64,000 bases of DNA from Terriglobia bacterium (GCA_963664115.2 CAXWPJ010000002.1:1037191-1101190); one strand, 5' to 3'; shown: positions 18,522 to 29,710, counted from the first letter of the stretch. The notes: a model not told the origin generated them from the letters alone. Program-made: numbers and translations.

Positions 18522-20201
18522 ATGCAACCTGTAGTCGCGGCGGTCCTGTGCTTCATCGCTTATATACTGTTCTACCGATTCTATGCCCGCCATCTCGGCC
18601 GGCACATCTTTAAGCTGGACCCCACTCGGCAGACCCCGGCCCACACCATGTCTGACGGTGTGGACTATGTCCCATCCAGAAAGGTAGTTCTCTTCGGCCA
18701 CCATTTCGCGTCGATTGCAGGTTTGGCTCCGATGCTGGGCCCTGCCATAGCCGTCATCTGGGGCTGGCTGCCGGCAATGCTGTGGGTCGTCCTGGGAACG
18801 GTTCTGATCGGAGCCGTTCACGACTTCAGCGCGATCGTTGTTTCAATGCGCAATAGGGGTCTCAGTATCGGTAAGGTGGCCGAGGATCTTATCGGACCGC
18901 GGGCGAAAACTCTCTTCCTGATTATCATCCTTTTCCTTTTGTGCCTGGTCATGGGCGTTTTTGTCGGAATCGTTGCCGATCTGTTTACGTCGAGCTTTTA
19001 TCCGCAGACGGTGTTCCCGACGTTTTCCCTAATGGGTATCGCCGTCGTGATCGGATGGTTGGTTTACAAACGATCCGCGAAGATCGGATGGACGACGTCC
19101 ATCGGTTTTGTGTTGATGCTAGCGTCGGTCGCCGTAGCGTTGAATATCGGAACTCCGGATGTCGCACGGACGAATTGGATCTTCCTGCTCTTGATTTACG
19201 CATTTGCCGCTTCTGTATTGCCGGTGTGGCTTCTGTTGCAGCCTCGGGATTATCTGAATTCGCTTCTGTTGTATTTGGGACTGGGCGCGGCCTACATCGG
19301 CTTTTTTGTTCTTCGGCCCGCCTTTGTGGCTCCAATGGTGGATGCGAGTCCGGCGGGCGCGCCACCGATATTTCCTTTCGTCTTTATCATCATCGCCTGC
19401 GGCGCGGCCTCCGGTTTTCATGCTCTGGTGTCTTCCGGGACGACGTCTAAACAGATCGATAAGGAAACGGACGCGGTTGCAGTGGGCTACGGAGCAATGA
19501 TTGGCGAATCCATGCTGGGACTCATGGCGGTTCTGGCGACGACGGCAGGATTTCGGACGGTGGAGTCCTGGAGTGACCATTATTCGAGTTGGACCGCAGC
19601 CTCGGGACTGGCGACAACGATGCGTGCGTTTATCGATGGCGCTGCCCTGTTCGTTTCACGTTTGGGAGTGCCGATGGAGATCGCACAGGCTTTCATTGCC
19701 CTCGTCGCCGTATCTTTCGCACTGACGACGGTGGATTCGGGAACGCGATTGCTTCGCTACAACATTGGAGAGATTGGGCATTCCTTTGGAGTCCCGCAGT
19801 TGACTAACCGTTACGTAGGATCCTTGATCGCGGTTGTCTTAATCGCGTTCTTCGCTTTCTTTCAGGTTGATGGTCAATCAGCAGGATTGGCCCTGTGGGC
19901 CCTGTTCGGAAGTACGAACCAGGTGATGGCAGCGTTAACGCTATTCACCGTAACCGTGTACCTGCGGCAGCAAAGACGAAACTACTGGTACACCCTCGTT
20001 CCGATGATCTTCATGATGTGCGTGACCGTGACGGCGATGGTCTATAACCTGCAGCTCTATTACAACGGTGGTCAGATCCTGCTGACGACCGTGGCGGCTT
20101 GCATTTTTGTGTTGAGTCTCTGGCTGTCTGTCGAGGCTGTCCTGCGGTTCAGAAAAGACCGGCTCCCGGTCACCGTACCGGCGACGGCCGGTGGGGATTA
20201 G
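18522..20201 (+). CDS. cstA: Carbon starvation protein A (peptide/pyruvate transporter)
   Basis: TPAH...DGVDYVP, LFGHHFASIAG, LPVWLLLQPRDYLNS, IACGAASGFHALVSSGTTSKQ. Confidence 0.95.
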   Translation: MQPVVAAVLCFIAYILFYRFYARHLGRHIFKLDPTRQTPAHTMSDGVDYVPSRKVVLFGHHFASIAGLAPMLGPAIAVIWGWLPAMLWVVLGTVLIGAVHDFSAIVVSMRNRGLSIGKVAEDLIGPRAKTLFLIIILFLLCLVMGVFVGIVADLFTSSFYPQTVFPTFSLMGIAVVIGWLVYKRSAKIGWTTSIGFVLMLASVAVALNIGTPDVARTNWIFLLLIYAFAASVLPVWLLLQPRDYLNSLLLYLGLGAAYIGFFVLRPAFVAPMVDASPAGAPPIFPFVFIIIACGAASGFHALVSSGTTSKQIDKETDAVAVGYGAMIGESMLGLMAVLATTAGFRTVESWSDHYSSWTAASGLATTMRAFIDGAALFVSRLGVPMEIAQAFIALVAVSFALTTVDSGTRLLRYNIGEIGHSFGVPQLTNRYVGSLIAVVLIAFFAFFQVDGQSAGLALWALFGSTNQVMAALTLFTVTVYLRQQRRNYWYTLVPMIFMMCVTVTAMVYNLQLYYNGGQILLTTVAACIFVLSLWLSVEAVLRFRKDRLPVTVPATAGGD

Positions 20202-20214
20202 TATCTGCGAGGAA

Positions 20215-21117
20215 TCAGTGACGGGCTGAGGGTCGATCGCGTTGCGAGTTGAAAGCGTAAGCGATTATCTTGTAGGCAAGTTTAGCGCATAGAAAATCCG
20301 CTGCATGAAACCCATCTCTTGGCAACAACTCGACGATATCGGCACCCACGATTTTCTTGCTCCGGCCAACCGCTCCCAGCAAATCCAGAAGAGTCTGCCA
20401 ATCGAGCCCTCCCGGTTCGGGGGTTCCCGTTGACGGGACGATGGAGGGATCCAGTCCGTCGACATCGATCGTGATGTAGACCGAGTCGCTCAAGGCATCG
20501 ACCGCCCGGTCAATCCAATCTGGAGATTTTGCGATGTCTCGCGCAAAGAAGATTTGTGTCGGGAGATTTCTTGTTTCTTCGATTTCCTCTTTCGAGATCG
20601 AACGGATACCCACCTGAACCGCCGGACAGACCTCCACGATGCGGCGCATGACGCAGGCATGGCTATAGGGTGTGCCGTCGTAGGTGTCCCGGAGGTCGGC
20701 ATGCGCATCGATCTGCAGGACGGACAGGTCCGGATATTTTCCCCTGGCGGCGCGAACCACAGGAGTGGATAGGGTGTGCTCGCCTCCCAGCGTCAGTACG
20801 AACTTGTCGTCACCCATATACTGGCGGGCACGTTCGTAAAGCAGGTTGATCCCCTCGGTTTCATCCTGCAACGAGGGGTCGGTGACTTCCAGAGTATGAA
20901 TCCCGATACTCGATGGTTCCCAATCGAGTTCGTCGTCATATAGCTCGACGTAGGCGGAGGCATTCAGGATGGCTTGAGGAGCTCTCCGCGTGCCCCTCTG
21001 CCAACTCGTGGTCCGCTCGTACGGCACCGGCCATACGACGGCCTTGCTCTGTGCATAATCGGCAAGGCTCTCCGGGAGGTCCAGGAACCGGCTCGAGCCT
21101 GTGGGTGGCTCACTCAT
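20215..21117 (-). CDS. speB: Agmatinase
   Basis: GGEHT, DAHADLRD, SHAC, DVDGLDP, TGTPEPGG ureohydrolase motifs; directly downstream of arginine decarboxylase. Confidence 0.93.
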   Translation of the reverse strand: MSEPPTGSSRFLDLPESLADYAQSKAVVWPVPYERTTSWQRGTRRAPQAILNASAYVELYDDELDWEPSSIGIHTLEVTDPSLQDETEGINLLYERARQYMGDDKFVLTLGGEHTLSTPVVRAARGKYPDLSVLQIDAHADLRDTYDGTPYSHACVMRRIVEVCPAVQVGIRSISKEEIEETRNLPTQIFFARDIAKSPDWIDRAVDALSDSVYITIDVDGLDPSIVPSTGTPEPGGLDWQTLLDLLGAVGRSKKIVGADIVELLPRDGFHAADFLCAKLAYKIIAYAFNSQRDRPSARH

Positions 21118-21119
21118 GG

Positions 21120-21683
21120 TTATGGCTGGTAAGGAGGGTCCGGGATGAAAATCGCACCGGTAACGACGGTTGTCCAGAGGCCGTTCTTGTTGCCAACTGC
21201 GGTTTTCGTGATGCTCGTGCTTTTGACTATCTTATTGGAAATTCGCCACAGTTCTCTCTTTTCGTCCCAGCTGCGGTCAGGATCGAACTCGACCCCCAAG
21301 GTGGTTGCCAACATTTCGGCTGCAAGATCTTCGGCATAGTCGCCCGCAACACCTTCTTTTTCTCCGAAGGAATGGTGTTCGGAAAGATAGCCGTACGCGC
21401 TGCGGTCAGTCGGAATAGCGACACCGATTGAAGCCGCGATGAGACGATGGGGCTCTTTAGTTGCATTCGAACTGACGACCGAAAAAACGATCTGTCCTGG
21501 ATAAAGTTGTTTCTGCCCCTGGGCCCTGGAGATCAGCTTGCAGTTTGGAGGGAAGATACTGGAAACATATACAAGATTGTACGGCGCCAGTCCCGCATCC
21601 CGGAGCGCCATTTCGAAACTCGGGAGTTTTTCCCGATGTCGCCCGACACCTTTGGTTAGGAAGATTTCTTTCGCTACAAACAA
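21120..21683 (-). CDS. pdaD: Pyruvoyl-dependent arginine decarboxylase
   Basis: SFEMALRDAG...NLVYVSSIFPP (Ser-Ser self-cleavage site), YGYLSEHH. Confidence 0.92.
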   Translation of the reverse strand: MFVAKEIFLTKGVGRHREKLPSFEMALRDAGLAPYNLVYVSSIFPPNCKLISRAQGQKQLYPGQIVFSVVSSNATKEPHRLIAASIGVAIPTDRSAYGYLSEHHSFGEKEGVAGDYAEDLAAEMLATTLGVEFDPDRSWDEKRELWRISNKIVKSTSITKTAVGNKNGLWTTVVTGAIFIPDPPYQP

Positions 21684-22033
21684 GTTGAGAACCTCAAGAT
21701 CATCTGTCGCAATGATGGAATTGTTCGGGCATTACTGTCCGGGCGGATCGGGCAATCCAAACGCTCGGACGCTAGCAGAGATGCCTTAAGTGTGTCAATT
21801 GACATTCTCTTCGGGCACATGTTAGTTTCCCCTTTCCGTGTTCGTACTACCGACCGCCGCCGCTCCTTACTTAATTCGCGCCGATTTTGGAGCAGCGTCT
21901 TCATCACATCTCTTATTGGACGGAGGCCGGTTTAGTCGCAGTTCAGCCGAGCGGGAGTCCCCGATTGGGTGAGGTTTATAGCAACGAAATTTAAGACGTC
22001 CGAGTTCGCTCAGGCAATTGTGGAGAACGTGTA

Positions 22034-22960
22034 ATGCCAAGAAATAAGATTACAGTAGTTGGAGCCGGTAATGTTGGAGCCACCGCCGCTCAACTCGTCG
22101 TAGAGAAACATCTCGGGGACGTCGTTCTCGTGGACATCGTTGAAGGTGTACCCCAGGGAAAGGCGCTCGATCTAACCGAGTCGGGACCCGTAGAAGGGTA
22201 CGACTCACGCATAACAGGCACCAACGCTTATGACGATACTGCTGACTCCGACGTTATCGTCATCACGGCCGGCATACCCCGCAAGCCCGGAATGAGCCGG
22301 GACGATTTGCTCAAGACCAACTACAACATCGTCAAGAGTGTGACCGAACAGGTTGTACAGCGATCGCCCGACAGCATCCTGATTGTCGTCAGCAATCCTC
22401 TAGACGCTATGGTGCAGACTGCGTTTCGGGCGAGCGGGTTTCCCAGGAATCGAGTCATGGGAATGGCAGGGGTATTAGATTCCGCGCGTTTCCGTGCGTT
22501 TATCTCCCTGGAGCTCAATGTTTCTGTCGACAACGTACACGCCTTTGTCCTCGGAGGGCACGGAGACACCATGGTTCCCTTGCCTCGCTATTCGACCGTT
22601 TCAGGTATCCCGATCACCGAGTTGCTCCCGGCCGACGCTATTGAACGACTGGTGGATCGGACCCGCAAAGGCGGTGCCGAGATCGTCGGGCTCTTAAAGA
22701 CCAGCGCTTGGTATGCGCCGGGAGCCGCCATCGTAGAGATGGTGGAAGCTATAGTGCACGACAAGAAGAAAATACTTCCCTGTGCGGCGTATCTGGAGGG
22801 AGAATACGGAATCAACGATTTATACGTGGGTGTTCCGGTCAAGCTCGGGGAAGCGGGTATCGAGGAGATCATCCAGATCGAACTCACACTGGAGGAGCGG
22901 GCCGAGCTGCAGAATTCCGCAGCGGCGGTGAAGGAGTTGGTAGAAATCATCGGGGTATAG
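22034..22960 (+). CDS. mdh: Malate dehydrogenase (LDH-like)
   Basis: [37 protein letters not shown]. Confidence 0.96.
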   Translation: MPRNKITVVGAGNVGATAAQLVVEKHLGDVVLVDIVEGVPQGKALDLTESGPVEGYDSRITGTNAYDDTADSDVIVITAGIPRKPGMSRDDLLKTNYNIVKSVTEQVVQRSPDSILIVVSNPLDAMVQTAFRASGFPRNRVMGMAGVLDSARFRAFISLELNVSVDNVHAFVLGGHGDTMVPLPRYSTVSGIPITELLPADAIERLVDRTRKGGAEIVGLLKTSAWYAPGAAIVEMVEAIVHDKKKILPCAAYLEGEYGINDLYVGVPVKLGEAGIEEIIQIELTLEERAELQNSAAAVKELVEIIGV

Positions 22961-23124
22961 TAAGTCCCGCACTGACACCTGACTACCCTGGCCTGTAAGG
23001 CTTGACGGAATGTTGAAGCAGTGCCTGGCAACCCGTGCTTTCGGAGTAAGAAGATGATCGGATCGGACCAGTACGACACTTTTACGCACACGACTTCTGC
23101 CGCGCTATCCCAGGGAGAACCACG

Positions 23125-25155
23125 ATGAGACGAGTCAGGCTTCAGGCAAGGGTAGCCGTTTTGAGTGCGGTTCTGATCGGGATAGCACCGAACTCGATCG
23201 CACGAACGCAAGAACAGGTTTCCAATAGCATCACGTCAATAGAAGTCACCCCGGCCTCGCTGACGCTCCAAGTGGGTGAAAAAACGACGCTCACGGCAAC
23301 CGCACTCGACGACGACGGCAATCCGGTCGAAGCGCCGATCGTCTTTATCAGCCGGTCCCGAAGGAACGTCGGCGTAAGTAACCAGGGTGAAGTCGAAGCG
23401 TACCAGCCCGGGGAGTACACCATCGTCGCCATGGTGCCTCGCGATGAGGAAGAAGGAGATCAAAACGGCGGCGACCGATCAATCAGGCTTCAAGTCAGAG
23501 TAACCGTTCCCCTGCCTTCGCTCGCTCGCTTAGAAATCAGTGGTGTTCCCTCAAGACTCTATACAGGCAGCCTTATTCGCAGCCGAGTCGAGGTCTACGA
23601 TACAACTGACACAATTCGTCCTGAGCAGCGTTTGACGTTTTCGACGAGCGATCCTGAGATCGTCGGCGTCGATCGGTTCGGCAACGTGACGCCATTACGT
23701 CCCGGAACGGCAGCACTCAAAGTTGAAGCGGAGGGAGTCGAGACAGAATTGACCCTCACCGTCGTGGCGAATCCGGCTGTTTCCGTCGAGTTGGTTCCGG
23801 ACCAGGAATCTGCGCGCACGGGAGACGTTGTCCGATTCGAGGCGAGGGCACGGGACCGGCAGGGGCGGATTGTCGACGATCTGCCGATCTTCTATTCCAT
23901 TCAGACACATCCGGATGTTGAAAACCCTGCAGCGTCGTCGTCCGGTCAAGTTGCCGATGATGGGCGCTTTGTCGCAGAACTTCCCGGACAGTACACAGTT
24001 GTTGCCAACGCCGGAGGACTGTTCGCTGCCGCTACGGTTGAGATTGAACCCCGAGACGTTCAGAAAAGCCTCACCGTTGTTGGACACGCTCCTGTGCGTG
24101 ACCGGCACACGAGCGATCTATGGATCTGGGAAGGAGAAGATGGCCGGGATTACGCGATGACGGGGACCTGGCGTGCCGAAGGGCACGCTTACGTATGGGA
24201 TGTGACGGACCCGGCCAACATGTCGATGATCGATTTGGTCCAGGTCGATGCCCGCACCGTGAATGACGTGAAAGTGTCCGAAGATGGGAAAATTGCGGTG
24301 ATCAGCCGCGAGGGTGCATCGAATCGACGAAACGGAATCATACTGCTCGATGTTTCCAATCCGAATGAAGTCGTGCGATTGTCTGAGTTCGACGAAGAGT
24401 TGACCGGTGGCGTCCACAATACCTTCATCTACGAAAACCACGTCTACGCTGTCAACAACGGGCGTCGTTACGACGTCATCAACATTGCCGAACCGGGTGC
24501 TCCGTTTCGCGTGGCGCGGTTCGAACTCGATACGGGCGGACATTCGATCCACGATGTGTGGATCGAGGATGGTATTGCTTATTCGTCAAATTGGCGGGAC
24601 GGAGTCGTTCTCGTCGATGTGGGCAATGGAATTGCGGGTGGCAGGGCAGACCGACCGGTCCAATTTGCCTCTTACGCCGACCCACAAGGTGCGACGCATG
24701 CTGCGTTCCCGTTCCGGAGCGAGTCGACCGGTAAGTTCTACGTCATCACCGGGGACGAAATCTTTCCGGACGGCATGGATCCCGATGGTCCGAACCGCGC
24801 CGCAGGCTACATGCACATCGTGGACTTCAGCGATTTTGAAAATCCGGTGGAAGTTGCGCGGTACGAGGTCCCAGAGGCGGGCTCGCACAATCTGTGGATC
24901 GAAGACGACATCCTATACGCGGCTTTTTACAACGGTGGGTTGCGAATCGTGGACCTATCCGGCGAGCTGATGGGAGATCTCTACAAGCAGGGACGTGAGA
25001 TTGCCTCCTTCTATTCGAACGACGCTGAAGGGTATGTCAAGAACGAGGCCATGGTCTGGGGGGCCCAACCGCACAAGGGGCTGATTTATTTCTCCGATTT
25101 CAACAGCGGCCTCTGGGCTGTGCGGCTTACCGATGAAGACGAGGAAGACGACTAA
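23125..25155 (+). CDS. Secreted protein: Ig-like domains plus LVIVD-repeat beta-propeller
   Basis: Signal peptide; Big_2-like repeats (IEVTPASLTL, FSTSDPEIVGVD); LVIVD-like blades (VWDVTDP, LLDVSNP, VLVDV, HIVDFSD, LRIVDLS). Confidence 0.8.
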   Translation: MRRVRLQARVAVLSAVLIGIAPNSIARTQEQVSNSITSIEVTPASLTLQVGEKTTLTATALDDDGNPVEAPIVFISRSRRNVGVSNQGEVEAYQPGEYTIVAMVPRDEEEGDQNGGDRSIRLQVRVTVPLPSLARLEISGVPSRLYTGSLIRSRVEVYDTTDTIRPEQRLTFSTSDPEIVGVDRFGNVTPLRPGTAALKVEAEGVETELTLTVVANPAVSVELVPDQESARTGDVVRFEARARDRQGRIVDDLPIFYSIQTHPDVENPAASSSGQVADDGRFVAELPGQYTVVANAGGLFAAATVEIEPRDVQKSLTVVGHAPVRDRHTSDLWIWEGEDGRDYAMTGTWRAEGHAYVWDVTDPANMSMIDLVQVDARTVNDVKVSEDGKIAVISREGASNRRNGIILLDVSNPNEVVRLSEFDEELTGGVHNTFIYENHVYAVNNGRRYDVINIAEPGAPFRVARFELDTGGHSIHDVWIEDGIAYSSNWRDGVVLVDVGNGIAGGRADRPVQFASYADPQGATHAAFPFRSESTGKFYVITGDEIFPDGMDPDGPNRAAGYMHIVDFSDFENPVEVARYEVPEAGSHNLWIEDDILYAAFYNGGLRIVDLSGELMGDLYKQGREIASFYSNDAEGYVKNEAMVWGAQPHKGLIYFSDFNSGLWAVRLTDEDEEDD

Positions 25156-25177
25156 GAAAACGACAGCTCGAACGGCA

Positions 25178-26296
25178 ATGAGACACATCGGCCTCACCTG
25201 TACCGTCGTATCGTTGCTGCTGTTTTGCCCCACGCTCGACGCCCAGAACATACCCGACACCAGTTACTGGCTATATGTTGCCGCCGAATCCGACGATGAG
25301 GTGGCTCTGGTTCGTTTCGATGCGGCGGGTGCAACAGTCGAGAAGATAATTCCTGTGGGCGTCTGGCCGACAGAAATCGAAGGTCCTCACGGTCTGCGTG
25401 TGTCGCCGGATGGCGATCACTGGTATCTTTCCCTGGCCCACGGTAATCCCTACGGGTCGGTATATAAGTACCGTACCGGATCCGATGATCTTGTCGGCTC
25501 CGTGGAGGTGGGTATGTTTCCCGCCACCTTGGATATCGCTGCCAGCACAGGCTTACTGTATGTCGTCAATTTCGACCTCCATGGCGAAATGAAGCCGAGC
25601 ACGATTTCGATTGTCGAAACTGAGACCATGACGGAAGTGGCCGATGTTGAAGTGGGGATCATGCCCCACGGTTCACGGCTGAGCCGGGGCGGAAACCGTC
25701 AGTATTCGGTCATGATGATGACCGACGAACTGGTTGAAACTGATGCGTTTCGTTTTGAGGTCCTGCGCCGCCTCTCCCTCTCCAGCAAATCTGTTCCAGA
25801 CGCCGTACAAGGTCGTTCTCAGATGCCCATGCCGGACACGGGGTCGGGAATGTCCGTGGCCCTGGACCGCCCAACCTGGGTGCATCCGGGTCCGGGAGGC
25901 CAATTCGTATACGTAGCCTGCAACGGTAGCGACCAGATCAAGGTAGTCGACCTTGAGCGCTGGGAGGTTGTGGAGACTTTCGAAACCGGCCGGGGGCCGT
26001 ACAACATTGATGTGACCGGCGATGGAAGGCTGATGGTGGTGACATATAAGACCGATGGTTCCACCGGGATTTGGGATCTGCGGGAAGGTAGGGAACTGGC
26101 CCGCCTCGATAATTCGAGGGGCGTAACCCACGGAGTGGTCGTCAGTCCGGACTCCAAATACGCCTTCGTGTCCGTTGAGGGTACGGCGGGAGAGCCTGGA
26201 GCTCTGGACGTCATCGACCTGGAAACGCTCGAACTGGCGGCAACCCTCGACGTGGGTCGGCAGGCTTCCGGAATCGCTTTCTGGAAGATGCAGTAA
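25178..26296 (+). CDS. YncE/YVTN-type beta-propeller protein, secreted
   Basis: Signal peptide; blades GPHGLRVSPDG, VGIMPHG, VYVACNGSD, GRGPYN, THGVVVSPDS. Confidence 0.82.
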   Translation: MRHIGLTCTVVSLLLFCPTLDAQNIPDTSYWLYVAAESDDEVALVRFDAAGATVEKIIPVGVWPTEIEGPHGLRVSPDGDHWYLSLAHGNPYGSVYKYRTGSDDLVGSVEVGMFPATLDIAASTGLLYVVNFDLHGEMKPSTISIVETETMTEVADVEVGIMPHGSRLSRGGNRQYSVMMMTDELVETDAFRFEVLRRLSLSSKSVPDAVQGRSQMPMPDTGSGMSVALDRPTWVHPGPGGQFVYVACNGSDQIKVVDLERWEVVETFETGRGPYNIDVTGDGRLMVVTYKTDGSTGIWDLREGRELARLDNSRGVTHGVVVSPDSKYAFVSVEGTAGEPGALDVIDLETLELAATLDVGRQASGIAFWKMQ

Positions 26297-26385
26297 CCTT
26301 CCCTGGTTTCGGTGGCCGCTTCTCACTTCGCGCCTGCAACCCGAAGATCCATGCCCGCGACCCTCGATAATTCTGCCACGGGCTG

Positions 26386-28308
26386 CTATATGAAGTGGCC
26401 CGTTCCGCTCAGAATTTCTTCCACAAGAGCTTCGTCGATCTCGATGTCACCGTCCGCTTCCATGCGGACACGGACATCCTGTCCGTAGGAATCGAAGAGT
26501 TGGTTCCGTTTTGCTACCAGAAGTTCTTCTCTGAGATCTTCAAAGGCGAGCTGCATCGCTTCGAGGATGATGTCTTCCCGTTGGGTTACGGAAAAAACGA
26601 TTGTCTTTCCGGCAATGGTGACCGGCGTGCCCAGTATGTCGGGTTCCAGGTTAAAAATTTGATCATCCAGTTCTGATGTCGATCCGAACGCGTCGATGGT
26701 TCCGTCCCGCGTAATCAAGTCACTGGTTTGTACTTCCAGTCCGAGTGCCGCCCCGAGCTGCACCAGCGACTGGCCGTCATCCACCAACTCGCGGACTTCG
26801 ATTGCTCTTTCCGTTGCCAGTTCGTTCGCTCTCTCGCTCGTCAATTCACTACGCGCCTGATCGATAGCTTCTTCGAAGGTCGCAATACGCTCCGGTTCGA
26901 TCTCGACGACCGTCGGCACGACATACCCATTACTGACCGGTATCGCTGTACCGATCTCGTCTAGTGCCATGGTAAAAATTCGGCTCTCCAATTCAACCGC
27001 ATCCAGCAAACCGCCTATGCCCTCACCTTGAGCCACCAGACCGGTTTCCCGGACCTCGGCACCATGGGCCTCGGCAACCGCTTCGAGATCGCTATTTGTC
27101 GCCAGGGCGACGGCAACCCGCTGACTCACCGCGGCTGCCTGGGTGGCCGCCTCTTCGGATTTCAGGGCTGTTTCGATTGTGGCGCGCACATCTTCCAGAG
27201 GTCGCGCCCGACCCTCTTGCTTCTCGTTGACGCGTATGATGTGAATTCCAAACTGAGTTTCGACGAGGTCGCTAGTCGCGCCTTCACCCAGAGCGAATGC
27301 CGCGATCTCGAATTCAGGGACCATCTGCCCGGGGCCGAAGGTGCCCAGGTCTCCGCCGGCCGATGCCGAGGTGTCTTCTGAAAATTCCCTGGCCAGATCT
27401 CCGAAATCCTCGCCGGAGTTGGCGCGATCAAGTACTTCCAGGGCTCTTTCCCGGATGGCTTCGATCTCATCCTCGGTCGCGTCCTGGGTTCGGAACAGGA
27501 TGTGCTGGGCTCCGACACTGGGGGGTATCAGATATTCCTGCTCGCGCTCTTCGTAGTACGCCAGTACCTCGTCTTCGGCGACTTCGACTTCGCTCTGAAT
27601 CTGGAGGGTATCAATGTACACGTAGCGGCTGTTGCGCTTCTCGGGTATGGAGTAACGGGCGACGTTCGTTTGATAGAACTGCTCAAGTTCCTCGTCGGTC
27701 ACAACCACCTGGCTTTCGAGTGAAGGGCCATCCAATACGAGGAAATCGAGTTGCACCCGTTCGTTCTGATAACGGTACTCGGTTTCGACGTCTTCATCCG
27801 ACACCGCGGCTGCGGCGGTGAGATAGTTGTACAGCTTGGCCATCAGAATTTCGTTCCGGATCTGGTTTTCAAAATCCACAACGGTGTAGCCGTTCTGGAT
27901 GAGAAGGTCCTGATATCGGGACAGACCTATGAACGCACCATTTTCCTGAAAAGAGGGATTTTCCAGGATAGCTCGCTCAATCTCAGGACCGGACACGTTG
28001 AGTCCCAGTCGCTTGGCCTCGGCAATCATGCTGTGCTGGTTGACCAATTGGTCGATGACCTGCGTCTCGAAGCCGATCGCTGCCAATATCTCTGGCGTCA
28101 CGCCGGCTCCCATCTGGTTTACTGCGTCGTAATAGGAGGTCTGGAATTCACTTGCGGAGACGGCTTCAGTGCCGACGCGGGCGATATCCGTCGTGAAGTG
28201 GACATGGCCCAGCTGCCCCATCGGGACGAGTCCCACGACGAGCGCGAAGCTAAACACGGCGATCAAGACAACCCACAACCATTTCTGACGTCGAAAGAAA
28301 GCGAGCAT
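26386..28308 (-). CDS. ppiD: SurA/PpiD-type periplasmic chaperone, parvulin PPIase
   Basis: N-terminal TM, SurA_N-like region, AQHILF...[11 protein letters not shown]...GGDLG...[10 protein letters not shown]...[10 protein letters not shown]. Confidence 0.88.
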   Translation of the reverse strand: MLAFFRRQKWLWVVLIAVFSFALVVGLVPMGQLGHVHFTTDIARVGTEAVSASEFQTSYYDAVNQMGAGVTPEILAAIGFETQVIDQLVNQHSMIAEAKRLGLNVSGPEIERAILENPSFQENGAFIGLSRYQDLLIQNGYTVVDFENQIRNEILMAKLYNYLTAAAAVSDEDVETEYRYQNERVQLDFLVLDGPSLESQVVVTDEELEQFYQTNVARYSIPEKRNSRYVYIDTLQIQSEVEVAEDEVLAYYEEREQEYLIPPSVGAQHILFRTQDATEDEIEAIRERALEVLDRANSGEDFGDLAREFSEDTSASAGGDLGTFGPGQMVPEFEIAAFALGEGATSDLVETQFGIHIIRVNEKQEGRARPLEDVRATIETALKSEEAATQAAAVSQRVAVALATNSDLEAVAEAHGAEVRETGLVAQGEGIGGLLDAVELESRIFTMALDEIGTAIPVSNGYVVPTVVEIEPERIATFEEAIDQARSELTSERANELATERAIEVRELVDDGQSLVQLGAALGLEVQTSDLITRDGTIDAFGSTSELDDQIFNLEPDILGTPVTIAGKTIVFSVTQREDIILEAMQLAFEDLREELLVAKRNQLFDSYGQDVRVRMEADGDIEIDEALVEEILSGTGHFI

Positions 28309-28395
28309 CGAACTCCTCCAAATTAATAAGATCCGACCCGTTATGCTATCAAAACAGCCCCGATGGCTTCCACCTTAAGGAACATTATGCGGAAG

Positions 28396-28458
28396 GGGAC
28401 GGACACTTCAGACGAAATTCATTCGTCAGGCCAAAACTTTCCGTGAAGTGTCCGTCCC
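28396..28458. repeat. REP-like palindrome (15-bp perfect inverted repeat)
   Basis: gggacggacacttca (28396-28410) / tgaagtgtccgtccc (28444-28458), with an internal gacgaa/ttcgtc stem. Confidence 0.75.
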
Positions 28459-28684
28459 ATTGCCAGTGCGGATGGACGGCATTCAGCACAAAGAGGCGAA
28501 ATCTCGGCGTCAGTGTAAGCACGTGTTCCCCGCATTCGTTCCGAATGCATCGGGAATAGATTCCGATTCTCGTAGCCGGTGGGTGGAATGAGTCTGGCAA
28601 TTAGCGTTTCATTTTCAGTATGATAGGACGGCTTCTGAACTCTTGCCGCAAAAAATGCGTGATTGAGTTGCCGAAAGGGAATCC

Positions 28685-29710
28685 ATGAATTTTCGCTCCG
28701 TATTCAGCCTGTTTTCCAGCGATCTGGCAATCGACCTGGGAACTGCCAACACACTTGTCTTTGCCAAAGGCCGCGGCATCGTCGTGAACGAACCCTCAAT
28801 CGTGGCCATCAACAAGATAACGAATCAGGTCGAAGCGGTCGGCAAAGAGGCCAAGGACATGCTGGGTCGCACGCCTGGCAACATTGTTGCCATTCGCCCG
28901 ATGAAAGACGGTGTCATTGCGGATTTTACGGTGACCGAGAAGATGCTCACCTACTTCATCCAGAAAGCTCACGGAAGAAAGGTGCTCGTACATCCGCGTA
29001 TCGTCATCGGTGTGCCGGCTGGGATCACGCAAGTTGAAAAACGCGCCGTGCAGGATTCGGCATACCGGGCCAAGGCGAGCGAGGTTCACCTCGTCGAACA
29101 GGCCATGGCCGCAGCGATCGGTGCAGGTCTACCCGTTACCGAACCCTCGGGGAACATGATCGTCGACATTGGAGGAGGCACGACTGAAATCGCGGTGATA
29201 TCCCTCTCCGGTATCGTGCACAGCCGGTCCGACAAGATCGCCGGAAATGAAATGGACGAAGCGATCATTCAGTTCATCAAGCGGAAGTACAACCTGTTGA
29301 TTGGTGAGCGCACGGCGGAACGGGTGAAGATTGAAATCGGGTCGGCCTATCCTCTCGAAGAACCACGAAGCATGGAAATCAAGGGCCGGGATCTGATGGC
29401 CGGTGTCCCTAAGAGCATCACCATCTCCGACGAGGAAATTCGGGAAGCGCTCGATGAATGTATCAAGGTCCTCGTCAATTCCATTCGCATCGTCCTGGAA
29501 CGGACGCCTCCCGAGTTGTCTTCCGACATTGCGGACCGGGGAATCGTTCTCGCTGGAGGCGGTGGTTTGATCCGCAATTTGGACGAGCGCATTGGACAGG
29601 AAACGGGGCTTCCTGTAACTTTAGCTGAGAACCCTCTCGACAGCGTCGTCATGGGTACTTCGAAAATGCTGAGCGATTTCGTGCTCTTGCGTAAGATTGC
29701 TTTGAGTTGA
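28685..29710 (+). CDS. mreB: Rod shape-determining protein MreB
   Basis: IDLGTANT, RPMKDGVIADF, DIGGGTTE, TPPELSSDI. Confidence 0.98.
   Translation: MNFRSVFSLFSSDLAIDLGTANTLVFAKGRGIVVNEPSIVAINKITNQVEAVGKEAKDMLGRTPGNIVAIRPMKDGVIADFTVTEKMLTYFIQKAHGRKVLVHPRIVIGVPAGITQVEKRAVQDSAYRAKASEVHLVEQAMAAAIGAGLPVTEPSGNMIVDIGGGTTEIAVISLSGIVHSRSDKIAGNEMDEAIIQFIKRKYNLLIGERTAERVKIEIGSAYPLEEPRSMEIKGRDLMAGVPKSITISDEEIREALDECIKVLVNSIRIVLERTPPELSSDIADRGIVLAGGGGLIRNLDERIGQETGLPVTLAENPLDSVVMGTSKMLSDFVLLRKIALS

Noticed and set aside
28523-28557. GTGTTCCCCGC, identical to the start of type I-E CRISPR repeats
   Set aside because: Single occurrence, the remainder does not match, and there are no spacers or cas genes.
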